Shown piece after piece: positions 32,030-45,959 of a DNA stretch of 64,000 bases (its first letter is position 1; the number at the start of each line of letters is the position of its first letter). The notes under the pieces are model-generated. The model was not told where the DNA came from, searched no databases, and worked only from the letters and a program-made list of their open reading frames with translations. The stretch spans positions 1-64,000 of the forward strand of contig CAXHJY010000072.1 of the NCBI GenBank assembly GCA_964016885.1. The letters run 5' to 3'. This stretch comes from Eledone cirrhosa (lineage: Eukaryota). The position numbers were made by a program, and so were the translations under genes.

Positions 32030-32459
32030 TTTTATATGAATTATTTCTAATGTTTCATAGCCTGATTGCCTTCTGTCTTCTACAACTAATTTTGTTAAGC
32101 AACATGTATTTAGACAAATAATTACCTTGGAATATAAAATACTGTTTAGTACTGCATCCTTACATTTAATATTTGATGTTCAGAGAACAAGATCAGATTA
32201 AGTACATATAATATGAGCGAAACGACATTTTTAGATATAAGCTTGTGTTAAAACCTTGAAAAGCTAATTCAACAATACTTTATCGAGTTGCAGGAAATCT
32301 CTGCATAATTCTCTGTAATTTTCTATTATTTTCTATATTTATTGTAATTTAATATTTCTATATCTTCGTGAAAATATATATCATAGTGAGGAAGAAATCT
32401 AAGAAATCTAAGAAATCTAAGAACAAATCTCATAGCTGCTATTTATTATTTTGTTGATA

Positions 32460-32677
32460 TGTGTATATATAAATATAGATAGATAGATACATATGTGTGT
32501 GTGCGTGTAGTATATGTGTGTGTGTATAGTATATGTGTATGTGTGTGTAGTATATGTGTGTGTGTGTATAGTATATATATATATGTGTGGGTATGTATAT
32601 ATATATATATGTGTGGGTATGTATATATATATATATATATGTGTATGTATATGTATATATATATATATATGTGTGTA

Positions 32678-32718
<41 letters not shown>

Positions 32719-32889
32719 ATATATATATTTATATATATGTATATGTATATCTTTGTGTATATATATATATTTATATATATATGTATATGTATATATATGT
32801 ATATATATGTATATATTTATATATATGTATATATTTATATATATGTATATATTTATATATATGTATATATCTATATACATGTATATGTG

Positions 32890-32925
<36 letters not shown>

Positions 32926-33353
32926 TGTATATATGTGTGAGTATATATATGTGTGAATATATGTATATGTGTGTGTATATATATTTGTGTGTATATTTAT
33001 ATATGTATATGTATATATATATATACATTTATATATATATGTATGTATATATATATGTGTATATATGTATGTGTTTATTCACGTGTATATATGTATGTGT
33101 GCCTGTGTATATATATATTTGTGTTTATGTATATATATATATGTGTGCGTGTGTGTATATATACATATATATGTATGTGTATATATCTACGTATATATGC
33201 ATGTGTATATATCTACGTATATATGTGTATATATGTACGTTTATATATGTGTATATATATGTGTGTATGTGTGTATATCTATATATCTATATATTTTCAT
33301 GTGTATATATATACATGTGTATATATCTATGCATATATATGTGGGTGTATATA

Positions 33354-33393
<40 letters not shown>

Positions 33394-33442
33394 CGTGTAT
33401 ATATATATATATATTCACGTGTATATATATATATATATTCAC

Positions 33443-33480
<38 letters not shown>
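32460..33480. repeat. (TA)/(TG) compound microsatellite
   Basis: Direct reading. Confidence 0.9.
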
Positions 33481-33483
<3 letters not shown>

Positions 33484-33978
33484 TTTCATATCATCATGCA
33501 TAATTCATAGTATATTTACAATCTCTATGTATCTGCATATATTTATAAGATACTTTCTTTCGTAACTCGATCCCAATATGTTATTCGATATTGACAATAG
33601 AAAAATAAATAGATATTGACAATAGAAAAATAAATATACAAGTGAATGTTCAAGAACATAATAATGATAATAATAATAATAATAATAGTAATAAAAAAAG
33701 TACTAATAATAAATATAGTTGTAGAATTTGAGAAGTCAACTATTGCATTGTTTGTCATTATTCAGTGCAGTAGTATATTCTAAGTCTTTAATGTCGTCTG
33801 CTTCCAGATTGTTTTACGTTTCAGAAGGTTTATTTAGTGAACGTTTGTCCTCAATTTTAAATTGCGTGGATAGAGATTACATTCGCTTGCGTGTTCTCTC
33901 ACACTCTCTCTCCCTCTCTCTCTCCCCCTTTCTCTCTCTGATACTCTTACACGATCTCTCTCCTCCTTATTCTCTCTC

Positions 33979-34063
<85 letters not shown>

Positions 34064-34570
34064 TTTCAACAACGTCAGTATTCCGTGTGTCATAAATCTC
34101 GATTATCATTGGTTCATAGGTTTCAAACGACCTCGCCCACCCCAGCGACGCCAAACTGAAATTAATATGCATAATGCCAATGAGGGAGTGAGAGGGGAGA
34201 GTGTGAACGCTATATGTGTCAGTGTAGAGACATGTGTGTGTGTGATATGTGTGGAAATAAGAGGTGAAGGAAAGCAATAACTATTAACATGCGTGCGTGT
34301 GTATGTACGTGCGCGTATGTGTGTGTGCGTGCGTTCAGCGTTCCACAGAGAGTAAAAACTATCAACATGTGTGAGTGCGTGCGTGTGTAAGTTTGCGTGC
34401 GTGTGCGCGATTCCATGTGTGTATGTGGGTGGCGTTCCACAATCGCCACGCTGTTTATCTGTATGTGTGCCTGTCTGTCAGTCTAACATACACAGATTTG
34501 TGAAGGGAGTAAATAGGGACCTTTTTTTTACATTGACGGACATCTTTTATATTAATTATCTATATCTATA

Positions 34571-34917
34571 TCTATATGTAATATAAAAGATTGGAAATTC
34601 AATCATCCTTTTGAGGAACGTGGAACAACCACGTCTATGCAATGATACACGTTTTACAGTCAGGCAGAAGATGAAGCATCTCCTAGAGGTCACTATTCTA
34701 GGTGGGAGCACCTAGAATTGTTCATATACTATGCACAAACGGTACAACGAAGAATCTGGTATATCTGGAATATTTTTTTTACTGTTTTCTGTATCACACA
34801 GACACCACGGACTCGCCTCGTACTGTAACCAGGCAAACATCCAATACAGTCATTTTCTCTTTTACCTGTCTTCTCTTATCAACTGTTTACCCGGGCGAAG
34901 CTGGGTACGTCAGCTAG
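34571..34917 (+). mobile_element. Non-autonomous Helitron-like element
   Basis: 5' TCTATATGTAATATAAAA; 3' CCCGGGCGAAGCTGGG hairpin then CTAG-T. Confidence 0.6.
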
Positions 34918-35591
34918 TATATATAAATTTGTATTCCTGTCTGATGTTTGTTTGTTTTTTCACGAACTACTCCTATGATTTTGGAGATAGATCCCCATAA
35001 CCATATATATTCTGAAACTAAATTGCCCAGGGTACTTGGATATGTATATTTTATTTTAATCAAAGGGTTCCCCGGAGACACAAAACCTCCGCGGAAACCC
35101 CCTCTGAAAATGTTTTCCCTTCGATTTATATGAAATTTAAACCGTAGGTAAATGACAGGATCCGATGCCTATTCACAACATTTCAGCAAATTTCAATAAT
35201 ATTAAGACACCCTAATAGAGGTTAAACCCCCTATTAGAATTCCCCTGAGGTACAAACCTTCGCTGAAAATTCTTTCCTTTCCTTTCAATTCATATGAAAT
35301 TTAAACCATAGCTAAATGACAAGATATGAAGCCTATTCACAAACATTTTGAATTAATATTTAAAAAAAATATATTTACAAGAAACAACATAAGAATAAGA
35401 TTTAATAATGTAATTTTGATTTCATATATTACAAAAAATAATGTTTTCCAATTTTTCATGCATTGCATTTTAGATTGAGTAATATTGAAATGCAGAGTTT
35501 TTCTCCATAAATTATATCACTGATGTAAAATCAATCATCATTTTCTTACAAAAAAAATGTGTGAAACGCAATAAGGCGGGGGTAATTCGGC

Positions 35592-35655
<64 letters not shown>

Positions 35656-35660
35656 GTGTG

Positions 35661-36126
35661 TAGAAATAAACACAGTAAATTGTGTGTTTAAAATTATGAG
35701 GGATGAAATACCACATTGGTTTGATAAATTTAACCTGAAGCAAACGGAAAATATAGAATAGATATACAGACCGTCTCAATAGCTATTTAATCTCTCGGAC
35801 AGATTAGAGATTTTATCTGTTTCGCCTTGAAAATTGTGTTTGTAACAGATAATCCGTAGGCTTTACTCAGCGAGAGCTAAGATCAAATGGAACAAACACA
35901 AGGGGAGATATTCATTCGTGAGGCTTTTAGTTGTATGTGTTTCTTCAACACAATTTTCAGGCCGAAACAGATTAAATCTCTAATCTGTCGAAGAGATGGA
36001 ATAGTTATTGAGACGGTCTGTATATCTAGTCTATATTTTACGTTTGCTTCAGGTTAAATTTATCAAACCAATATGGTATTTAAACCCTCGTAATTTTAGA
36101 CACACAATTTACTGTGTTTATTTCTA
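35661..36126 (+). mobile_element. Fold-back element, arms of about 180 bp, carrying a hammerhead 3' half
   Basis: Arms 35661-35839 and 35947-36126; gcc-GAAA(35964)-cagatta aatctc taatctg-TC-gaagag; no clear CUGANGA. Confidence 0.6.
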
Positions 36127-36139
36127 AATATATTATTAT

Positions 36140-36331
36140 ATAATTGTTTCTACTATTGGCACAAGGCCAGGAAATTACCCAGTACATTACTGGTACTTTA
36201 TTTTATCGACCCCGTAAGGATGAAAGGCAAAGTTAACCTCGGCGGGATTTGAACTCAGAATGGCAAGGGCCGTAACTCTATGCGTCAAAGCATGGCGTCC
36301 GAACCTCTACCGATACTGCCAATCCACCGCC
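36140..36331 (-). mobile_element. tRNA-derived SINE, full length
   Basis: Family consensus match. Confidence 0.88.
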
Positions 36332-36435
36332 ATTATATATTATTATATAATGCTCAGTATTTATACTTTGAGCTTGTTAATTACAGGGTATCAATATGAG
36401 TTAGTAACTCTGTATTTTATTTGTATATATATATA

Positions 36436-36880
36436 CTTTTGGGTGCAATGTCAACTCTGGATGTCGGTGAGCATGTCCAGCTAACCTCGGTCTCCTCTGT
36501 GTCACTTTTGAGCTGACTTTTGGGATAATCCCATACAGCTCTGAGTTTTTCATCCTCAGTGTATACTGATTAATGTTCAGAGCCATCCTCAGCATTCTCG
36601 TGTAGCACTCATCCACCATCTGAGTGAGTTTCTTGGTCAGTGTCCAAGTCTCAGACCCGTACAGCAGCACAGACTCCACTACAGCAATGAAGAGGCGGAA
36701 TTTCCTGTGGGAGCCCCTACTAGAAGAGGAAGACCAAGGTTAACGTATGTTGATGCCCTAAGGACAGACACTGGTCTGTTGGAGACGCAGGACATGGCAG
36801 CGATAATGAGGGAGAGAGACCGCTGGAGAGAACTCGTCCATGGATCTCGGGAATTTTACCCGCCTTAGATAGATAGATAT
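36436..36880. mobile_element. RTE LINE 3' fragment with 5' inversion
   Basis: Minus 36436-36703: ESVLLYGSETWTLTK..YTRMLRMALNI..RLAGHAHRHPE; plus 36704-36880 continues LWEP..RGRPRLTYVDAL..DRWRELV to the stop and an (AGAT) tail. Confidence 0.8.
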
Positions 36881-37017
36881 ATACTTTTGATATATATATA
36901 TATATCAAAAGTATATATTGAGTTTAAAACTCACAATAGTCCCTTATAATCAAAATAGCTGAAGGAAAAAAAATGTTCCGAGCTTTATGATACAGTAAAG
37001 AGAGATGAAGACAGATA

Positions 37018-37164
37018 TATGTGTTCAAATCACAAGGGACAGAATCCGCCAGGGTGAAGAAAATACTAACTAAAGTCGTATGGTTCACAGAACTCAATCA
37101 AAAGGATAAATTGAGATATACAAACCTGTAGAATTGTTTCTGTCCCTTGTGATTTGAACACATA
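37018..37164. repeat. 27-bp inverted repeat with 93-bp spacer
   Basis: TATGTGTTCAAATCACAAGGGACAGAA at 37018-37044 and its reverse complement at 37138-37164. Confidence 0.75.
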
Positions 37165-37298
37165 ATAGAACGGAAAATATATTTTAGGGTTTGTTTTTCT
37201 TTTTTTTCATCCTTTCTTTGATCCGTTAAAGTGACATTATTGAAAAAATGAAAGAGTTTCATAATGTATATAAAGTATAACTGGTTTGGATGTATTAT

Positions 37299-37470
37299 TG
37301 TGGATTGGCAGTATCGGTAGTGGGTCGGGTGCCATGCTTTGCAGCACAGTTACGTCCCTTTACCGACTGAGTTAACTTTGCCTTTCATCCTTAAGGGGTC
37401 GATAACATAAAGTACCAGTAATACACTGGGTTAATTGCTGGCCTTGTGCCAAAAGTAGAAACAATTATTA
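37299..37470 (+). mobile_element. tRNA-derived SINE (internal deletion)
   Basis: Family consensus match. Confidence 0.8.
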
Positions 37471-37649
37471 AAATTCATCTTATCAAATGTTGAGTATTAC
37501 AATTAAAAAGAATTAATAAGAATTAAAAACTAAGAATTAAAGATTTAAAATTAAGTGGTAAGTGTTGTTCATCTTCCTTGCTGAGAAGGAGACTGATAGA
37601 TTCTGGTGTATAGAGAGAATGTAGTCATAAAGTAGCAGCAGCATACGTT

Positions 37650-37688
<39 letters not shown>

Positions 37689-37757
37689 TCATTTTCGTAT
37701 TTGTGTGTCTTTACTGGACATTATTTCTGTTTCTTAATTGTGATCCGTCTCTATTTG

Positions 37758-37794
37758 TACTCCTGAAGAAGGGCTTAAACCCGAGACGTCGAAC
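37758..37794 (+). ncRNA. Degenerate minimal hammerhead (GAAA changed to GAGA)
   Basis: ctc-CTGAAGA-aggg cttaaa ccc-GAGA-cg-TC-gaac. Confidence 0.45.
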
Positions 37795-37879
37795 TTGATT
37801 TTCTCTTTCCAATATAAAGCGTGAAACTAATAAGACTTTTTTGTACCTCTGTTTGTTGTCTCCTTGAACTATATAAAAT

Positions 37880-38063
37880 AATAATTGTTTCTACTTTTGG
37901 CACAAGGCCAGCAATTATCCCAGTGCATTACTGGTACTTTATTTTATCGACCCCGTAAGGATGAAAGGCAAAGTTAACCTCGGCGGGATTTGATCTCAGA
38001 ATGGCAAGGGCCGTAACTCTATGCGTCAAAGCATGGCGTCCGACACTCTACCGATACTGCCAA
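37880..38063 (-). mobile_element. tRNA-derived SINE
   Basis: Family consensus match. Confidence 0.88.
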
Positions 38064-38077
38064 TAATAATGATAATA

Positions 38078-38524
38078 AGAAACGATCAGGTGAAGGTGCT
38101 ATAGGATTTTAGGATACAGACGGACAAGAAATTAGAACACAACAGGCCCGACCTGGTGGTTTTGGACAAGGGAAAACCGTAGTAGATGTAGCCTGCTCAT
38201 TTGACACGAGAGTGTAAGAAGAGGAGAGGGAGAAAATTAACCAATGCCAGGATTTAAAGTGCGAGTTAAAAAGTATTTGGAACTGCCATTAAATCAAGGT
38301 CGTCCCGATTGTCATAGGCGCACTAGGTACTATCTCAAAGAGTTTCCAAGGATGGTTAAAGAAGTCCAGTCCCGTTTTTTGGAACACTTCAAAAAGCATG
38401 CTTGCTGGGAAAAAGCAAGAACCCTCCCATACGTCCTGAATGTCTGAGGCTGCAGGTAGCGGCTTGATATTCATTTCAACAAATTTTCCAGTTAAATAAC
38501 ACCAATGACTGAGACTCAAAGAAC
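38078..38524 (+). mobile_element. Dong/R4-clade non-LTR retrotransposon 3' fragment (restriction-like endonuclease), decayed
   Basis: KVL*DFRIQTDKKLEHNRPDLVVLDK..VDVAC.FD..EREK....DLKCELKSIW..KVVPIVIGALG; (TAA)n on both flanks, the known Dong target type. Confidence 0.8.
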
Positions 38525-38759
38525 AATAATAATAATAATAATGTGTAAGCATTTTGACCTGCCCCATCAAAAGAATTGTTGGGAGCATCAACCAGCTCCC
38601 GTACTTGAAAAAGATCACATCTCAATGTTGTGGAACTTCAGCATCCAAACAGACCGAAAAATAGATGCTTGTCTCTGATCCCATCATGCATCTCGTTTGT
38701 CACATGTTAAAGAGCAGTAAAATATGTACCAAAAACAAACAAACGAACAGCAAGAACTA

Positions 38760-38928
38760 CCATATTTCCCGGCGCCGAAGATGCTTCGTCCTCGAGGACG
38801 CACCCTAATTTTGACAACCAAAAATTTGAAAAAAAATAACAAACAATCTTCGACCTCAAGGATGCGTGGTAGATTTTTGAAACCTACTTTTTAAAAAAAG
38901 GTAGCGTCTTCGACGCCGGGAAATAGGG
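38760..38928. mobile_element. Tc1/mariner-pogo type MITE
   Basis: Imperfect TIRs CCATATTTCCCGGCGCCGAAGA and TCTTCGACGCCGGGAAATAGGG; TA on both flanks. Confidence 0.7.
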
Positions 38929-39152
38929 TAAGTATGCAGGGATTGAGTGTAAATATTTTGTTAAGAAATATTTATTTCAGTCCTTATCTAACAATATTTA
39001 ACTGCACATCCCTGTATCTATCAATATAGACTATGGTTTACCTATTGAGTGCTTGGAAGAAAATATTCCTAGTAATATCGCACATTGAAATTGTAAATTT
39101 GTTCCTGGGTAGGCAATGTGAACATCTCATTAAATAGTTCTTTAGAGAGAGG

Positions 39153-39203
<51 letters not shown>

Positions 39204-39207
<4 letters not shown>

Positions 39208-39440
39208 ATAATAATAAATTTGAAGACTAAAATCCAAAGAGGGCTCGATAAGGATATATCAAATATATAAGAACCGTAGAGCAAATATTTACTAAAATTA
39301 CAGATTAAAGTTTAAGCAAAAAATCGGTGCTTTCACCCTTAACGGGATCTTCTGAAACTAACCTTAGTTTCATAAGATCCCGTTAAGGGTGAAAGCAGCG
39401 ATTCTTTGCTTAAACTTTAATCTGTTATTTTAATAAATAT
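39204..39440 (-). mobile_element. Fold-back element with a U4A-variant hammerhead in both arms
   Basis: Arms 39285-39361 and 39364-39440; agttt-CAGAAGA (CATAAGA in the plus arm)-tccc gttaa gggt-GAAA-gca..tgc-TT-aaact; (TA)n flanks. Confidence 0.7.
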
Positions 39441-40328
39441 ATATATATATATTAGTAAAAAGGAAAAGAAAATGTTGACAAATATTTCCCAGTGAAAAAT
39501 AATTTAATTAGGAATAAGTATAAATTTGTAATAAGTATTAGTTAGTATTCAGTTTTAGTTTTAAGTTTTTTCCCGTTGCGCATTTCTTAGAGAGAGAGAG
39601 AAACAGAGAGAAAGAGAGAGATAAAGTACCATTTGATATCGAAATATCCAGTTTGGTATGCAATTTCCTAAGGATTGAATCTGCACTTTATTCCTACAAA
39701 GTACACAAACATGTACGACTAGACACTTAAACGAACAAAGTAAATAATGTTTCTCACTTGATTGGCAATTGTTGGAAACATATCTTGTGACTTGGCGTGG
39801 TATTGTTTGACTATGTAGGAGGCACCATATCTATTAATTTTATTGCTTCTCTGTAATGAAATTTTTGATAGCACTATTGCATTACGTTCGTTACTTCATT
39901 TATTTATTGCATGTCAACCATTGTTTTCTTGGCAAATGCTATAAATTCTAATTGTATTCGTTTATCTAACTGGAAAAATGGTACAAGTGCGTACAAAGGA
40001 GTAGCGTGTTCGTATGTTTATGCCATTAAAACGGCAGTAATTATATTTACATAATAGGGTAGCTTTTATTAAAATTGATCTGATGTGTGATACAACTAAC
40101 CCTCTTTATATAATGCATTTCATTTACTGCAATCGGCAAGTACAAAGAAAACCCTAAAAAGCATTTCTTATTTATTTAGTTTTTGTTTATATATTGTTCT
40201 GCTCTGTTCTAATGTATGAATTAATGAGCCGAAGCAATAAGCTCTCTCGTCACTTTGTATGTATGTATGTATGTATGTATGTATGTATGTACACACACAC
40301 ACACATACATACATACATACATACATAC

Positions 40329-40379
<51 letters not shown>

Positions 40380-40381
40380 AT

Positions 40382-40557
40382 ATAATTGTTTCTACTTTTG
40401 ACACAAGGCCAGCAATTACCCAGTGCATTACTGGTACATTATTTTATCGACCCCGTAAGGATGAAAGGCAAAGTTAACCTCGGCGGGATTTGAACGCAGA
40501 ATGGCAAGGGCCGTAACTCTATGCGTCAAAGCATGGGGTCCGACCCTCTACCGATAT
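40382..40557 (-). mobile_element. tRNA-derived SINE
   Basis: Family consensus match. Confidence 0.85.
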
Positions 40558-41275
<718 letters not shown>

Positions 41276-41466
41276 CAAAGAAAGTGTGGTAAGGAATCAG
41301 GTGGAACATAATGCACCAGAGTACTCGATACTTAGTGTAGTAGAGTGGGTACTATGAAAAGGTCAGGTCGCCGATGGCTGAGCTCCGGCCATTTCGACAG
41401 CTAGATCCGAACTAGATGTACCCGTCGAAATGACCGGAGCTCAGCCATCGGGGTCCTGCCTTCTTT

Positions 41467-41470
<4 letters not shown>
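41276..41470 (-). mobile_element. Fold-back pLTR-like element with half hammerhead (19978 family)
   Basis: Minus: tagctgtc-GAAA-tggcc ggagctc agcca-TC; tail GTATCGAGTAC; (TA)n flanks. Confidence 0.65.
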
Positions 41471-41504
<34 letters not shown>

Positions 41505-41776
41505 CAAATGGCGTAGACATCACAATACAACTGGGGGAGACATAAACCACTGATGATGTCACAGATGCGAGACGACAGATTTTGATAGACTATATATATA
41601 TATATTTATATCTGTATTTTTAACCGTTGGTCAATCAATGATAAACGTTGATTGCCAGATAAATTAACTATGGAGATTTAAAAGAAGCGAAAACCAATTC
41701 AAATCAAACAGTGAGTGTGTTTGTTTTATTATTATTCCTGGCAGTATTGTAACAATATGACCCTCCCCAAATATAT

Positions 41777-41817
<41 letters not shown>

Positions 41818-42064
41818 ATTTGTTGTTTTGTTAACTGGTTTTACATGGCGAAAGTTTGGGTTCTACTTTTATTAGGTTGGGAGACCATTGAGATGCTTTC
41901 TTCTCAGATATGAAACATTTGCTTTTAAATATAGTTTGTTGTTGGCAGCAAGAACCGTATCTATAAGTTGTAAATGTGAACATTGGGTGATATGCTGAGG
42001 TATATTATATTCTGCCTTTACGTGACTCTGACTTTAAATTGCATCTTTACGGAGACACCGCAAA

Positions 42065-42303
42065 TGTAATACGAACCCTAAATTACATAGGCGCTGAGCT
42101 GTCCAGCCGCAGGTGTGAGCCTCTCGAGATGGAATGGCTTTTCCAGCGCATCTCCCTTATCATCCTCTGGGGAAACGCCTTCTCCGCCGGGGCTGTGGGG
42201 CGGCCAGCACGTGGGACCCCATTTGCTCACCATATAGGCAGATGTGGAGGGCGAGAGAGATGGCCGCGATGACGGTGGGAGTTCGGCTCTTCCGTGTTTG
42301 GAC
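42065..42303 (+). mobile_element. CRE-like non-LTR retrotransposon 3' fragment
   Basis: IGAELSSRRCEPLEMEWLFQRISLIILWGNA resembles the FQR(L/I)S..IQRGNA C-terminal motif of CRE-type ORFs; three copies in the window. Confidence 0.6.
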
Positions 42304-43115
42304 ACATTGCACCTATCAAGAGTGTATTTTCATACTTGCGGCGAACATTGTGAATTCCTATTGACAGTTTGAATATATCTATCACTAGAATGCCAGCAAC
42401 AATTTAGCCTCCATTGTTTAGATCACTAGACGTGTAAAGCCTCAAAAAGGTCTTTAATGATCCAGTACATTTGTATAAATTTTTATTTCAAATTCTAACA
42501 ATGTCGTTTTAAGCTCTCTAGTTTACACAGCCGATAAAATGTGTAACTGTGAAGTATTGACGGCAAAAAATTTGATTTTCCATATGCCTGAAACTAGTGA
42601 CACTGTGCCTATGTTAAACAGCAGGTAGACACCTATCTGAAACCCCATAAGTAGGTATATAAAGGTAAAAGTAAAAGCATAACATATGCTACTAGTAATT
42701 TTAAAACAAATGTAACTCTTTGGTGAACATAATTGGAAGTGGGGTAGATAATCGTTGAGGAGTTTTAAACCTTGAATTAAGCATAGCATTGATCTAGTCA
42801 TATTATTGATTTGATATATTGTGAATAACATTCACATCTCGTCAAACATAATCTATGTTCTTGCAATTTGAAAGGAGTACTAGAAGACTTTGGAATACAT
42901 AATATTTAAAAGTAATATGGAGTTGAGGTGACTGGCATGGTTTTAATCAGATTCTAGGTAACCCTAGACGTAGAGGGGTAAAGAACAACAGCAAGCAAAA
43001 TGATGTCTCTGTGTTGCCGTTCCACCAGACTAAATGTGCTGGAATATCGTTCTTAAATGATACTGGATATATTTAATAAATGTACTGACACATTAGACAA
43101 TGATTTTTGATTTCA

Positions 43116-43318
43116 GCATAGGCCCAACAATTGTGGGGCAGTGGAATGTCGATTAAAACGACCCTAGTGTATTACTGGTGCTTTGTATTCTCGACTCTAT
43201 AAGGATGAAAAGCAAAGCTAACCTCGCTGGTATTTGAACTCAAAACGCAAAGGGCCGTAACTACATGACGCAAATCATGTTGTTCGATGTTCTACTGATA
43301 CTGCAACTCTACCACCCT
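43116..43318 (-). mobile_element. tRNA-derived SINE (old, diverged)
   Basis: Family consensus match with many substitutions. Confidence 0.7.
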
Positions 43319-43445
43319 AATGACACATTAGACAATGTCAACAGAGATATATACAGCAGATATATGGTCTGGACTGGAATGTGCCACTGAATTCAGGATT
43401 GACCAGTTTGCATTAAATACAATTACATTGAACATGTAATATCTA

Positions 43446-43651
43446 TAAGGGTCAGTTGAAAAGTTCCTAACTGACCAAGAGACTCTCATGGAACGACCAA
43501 ATGAGGTTTATTTCTTAACATAGTTCCTGAAAAAAGGAAACAAAAACAATGCAGTTATTAATAAGAAAAGTTGAAATTAATGTATGCAATATTTCACTGC
43601 TCTAGCATCTCTACTTGATAGTCATCCTATAAACCTTTCAGCCTATCCTCA
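43446..43651. mobile_element. Possible mariner-type MITE
   Basis: Imperfect TIRs AAGGGTCAGTTGAAAAGTT and AACCTTTCAGCCTATCCTC; TA flanks. Confidence 0.4.
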
Positions 43652-44515
43652 TATTTATCATGTGTGATAGGTATGTGATATAGTTATTCATTGCCACTTT
43701 CCCGCTACGTTTTTCCCAGAGTATTGCTTACTGCCTGCGATACTATAACAGATTGGTAAATACATCTTACAATATGTAAGTTGAATATTTCGAGCACATT
43801 CCCAGAATCAGTGGCAATAGCATACAGAAAATTATACAAGTGCAGTTTTTTGTCGATGGCCTGAGAGATACAATTTGAATAATCAAGTGCTATAATGATT
43901 GCTTGTATGTTAACAAATATTTACTGAAACTCATTATTCTGACATAAAGTGTCAAGAAGACAAATATTTATGGTACGGTATTTATCTTTGTTACTTCACA
44001 TATACGTATGTAGTAGTTTTGATAAACACCGAAAATAAGATAAACACCGAATATAAGATAAAAAATAAGATACGAATTGAATGTCCAATTTTGTTTTTCA
44101 ATTAATCACTGACATAAAAAGTCAAGTTATCTGTAGATGTCAAATGTTTGCTGAAGTCTGTCAAAGAGATAGTTATTGAACGTCAGTATATTTTTAGATT
44201 TTCTAAATTAATCTGTACAACAGTGAAAGGATGATGGTAGATAATTAACTTTAAACTACATGAGATATCAAACTTGGCCGAACTTAAGAAATAATTGAGA
44301 AGTAACAATTCATGGAAACGTGTTTCTTTCTCTCTTTTTTTCTGGGTTAGAAAATGATTAAAACGAAATGTTTTACTTTGTGTGAAGTGTTAAGGTATTA
44401 GTTGATTTATTTATTATTCAAAATATTATAGAGAAGATTTCGGCTATTGTTATATTTTGGAGGAGAGAGCAACTTGGCATATACATGTTAGTGTTTGAGT
44501 TGTTATTTTCTAAAA

Positions 44516-44833
44516 CAGGAGTGTGCAAAATATTACATTGGCGAGTCACTTTTGAACATTGGAACAACTATTAGGGCCATTAATATCTATTAAGCACTAC
44601 TCCAAAGATTCACCACAACTTCTTTCCACGACATGGAGCTGGGAAATTATAACACACATAACCATATCAGTGAAGCCCTTTAGTGTAGGTCAACTAACAG
44701 AAAATTGTACTACGATTACTAAAAAATTCTGAATAAGCCTACAAGGTAACAATTAAAAATGCTCGTCGCGGGCCGCTCTGACTGGTCTCGAGGGCTGGAT
44801 TATGGCCCGCGGGTCGCCTGTTGCACGCCCCTG
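44516..44833. mobile_element. hAT (Charlie/Buster-type) non-autonomous DNA transposon
   Basis: TIRs CAGGAGTGTGCAA and TTGCACGCCCCTG; GGCCCGCGGG subterminal motif; 8-bp TSD-like TTCTAAAA / CTCTAAAC. Confidence 0.7.
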
Positions 44834-45723
44834 CTCTAAACAAACAGTATTTCGTTCTGTTTCGTTCGAGGGGAAATGCTGCGTGTCAAATTATCTATAT
44901 GTTCAAGCATTGTTTGTAGAGCAGTTTAAATTGCTTATTAGAATGGTACAGATACACATACACATATACACACATACACAGAGACATACAGAGACAGATA
45001 CACACATACACAAACACACACGCATACACACACAGACGCACACACACACATACACACACCGACACACACACACACACACAGACACGCGCACACAGACAGA
45101 CATACTTATATACGCACTACATATATTTAAGATTGCACATTTAAATTGGGTTTGAGTAAAATTTAAAGCATCTATATAAAATATTTTATCGATCTCTGTT
45201 GAATTTCTATAATTGCACATGCAAAGAAATACAATGTAGACACCACCGACCCATCCTCATACCAAATAATACATACATATTGAGATAATACATCTCATAG
45301 AAAACAAGATGGTGTAAGACATAGCAATAGAGACACAAAGTAACAGCAAACGTAGACACTGAGGCGGTCACAGAATGTGTGACGAAAGAGCTTTGACAAT
45401 CAAAAACAAAATAACTTGTCGGTTATTAAACTAAACGTCTGGGAAATTAAAACAATAATATGGAATGAAAAGCTGACGGGTGCCTGTGTTTTTTTATCGG
45501 CAGCATGACCCTCGCAAAGTATAACATATGTTTCAACACATGCTTTCAGATAAAAAATCTTGCAAAACATATACAAAATTGAAACACACACACACATACA
45601 CACACACACACACATACACACACACACACACACACACGTGTCAAATCTAAACAGAAATAACACAATCGGTAGAGTATATGGAAGAAATATATTAGCTTAA
45701 AGCTTGAAATAGCAGGAAGAGGG

Positions 45724-45759
45724 TCTTAACGTTTCTGACGCTAGTCCTTCTTCAGAAGA
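45724..45759 (-). ncRNA. Minimal type I hammerhead ribozyme
   Basis: tctt-CTGAAGA-ag gac tagc gtc a-GAAA-cg-TT-aaga; 4-bp stem I, intact core. Confidence 0.65.
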
Positions 45760-45902
45760 AAGAATGAGAAATTAGAAAGATTGAATTGACGGGCAGGGTG
45801 GAATTGGAAAAAAAATGTTTTAAGAGAAAAATAACAGCGCCATTCATGTTGCTATCTCTTGGAAAACTGTTGATGCTGGCGTTTTGTGTATATATATTTG
45901 TA

Positions 45903-45955
<53 letters not shown>

Positions 45956-45959
<4 letters not shown>

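Noticed and set aside
33806-33862. HHR-like TTGAGGA...GAAACGTA on the minus strand
   Set aside because: Core altered and no adjacent stem I or stem II pairing.
42360-44400. Possible decayed transposase or host exons
   Set aside because: No recognisable motifs or sustained reading frame by eye.
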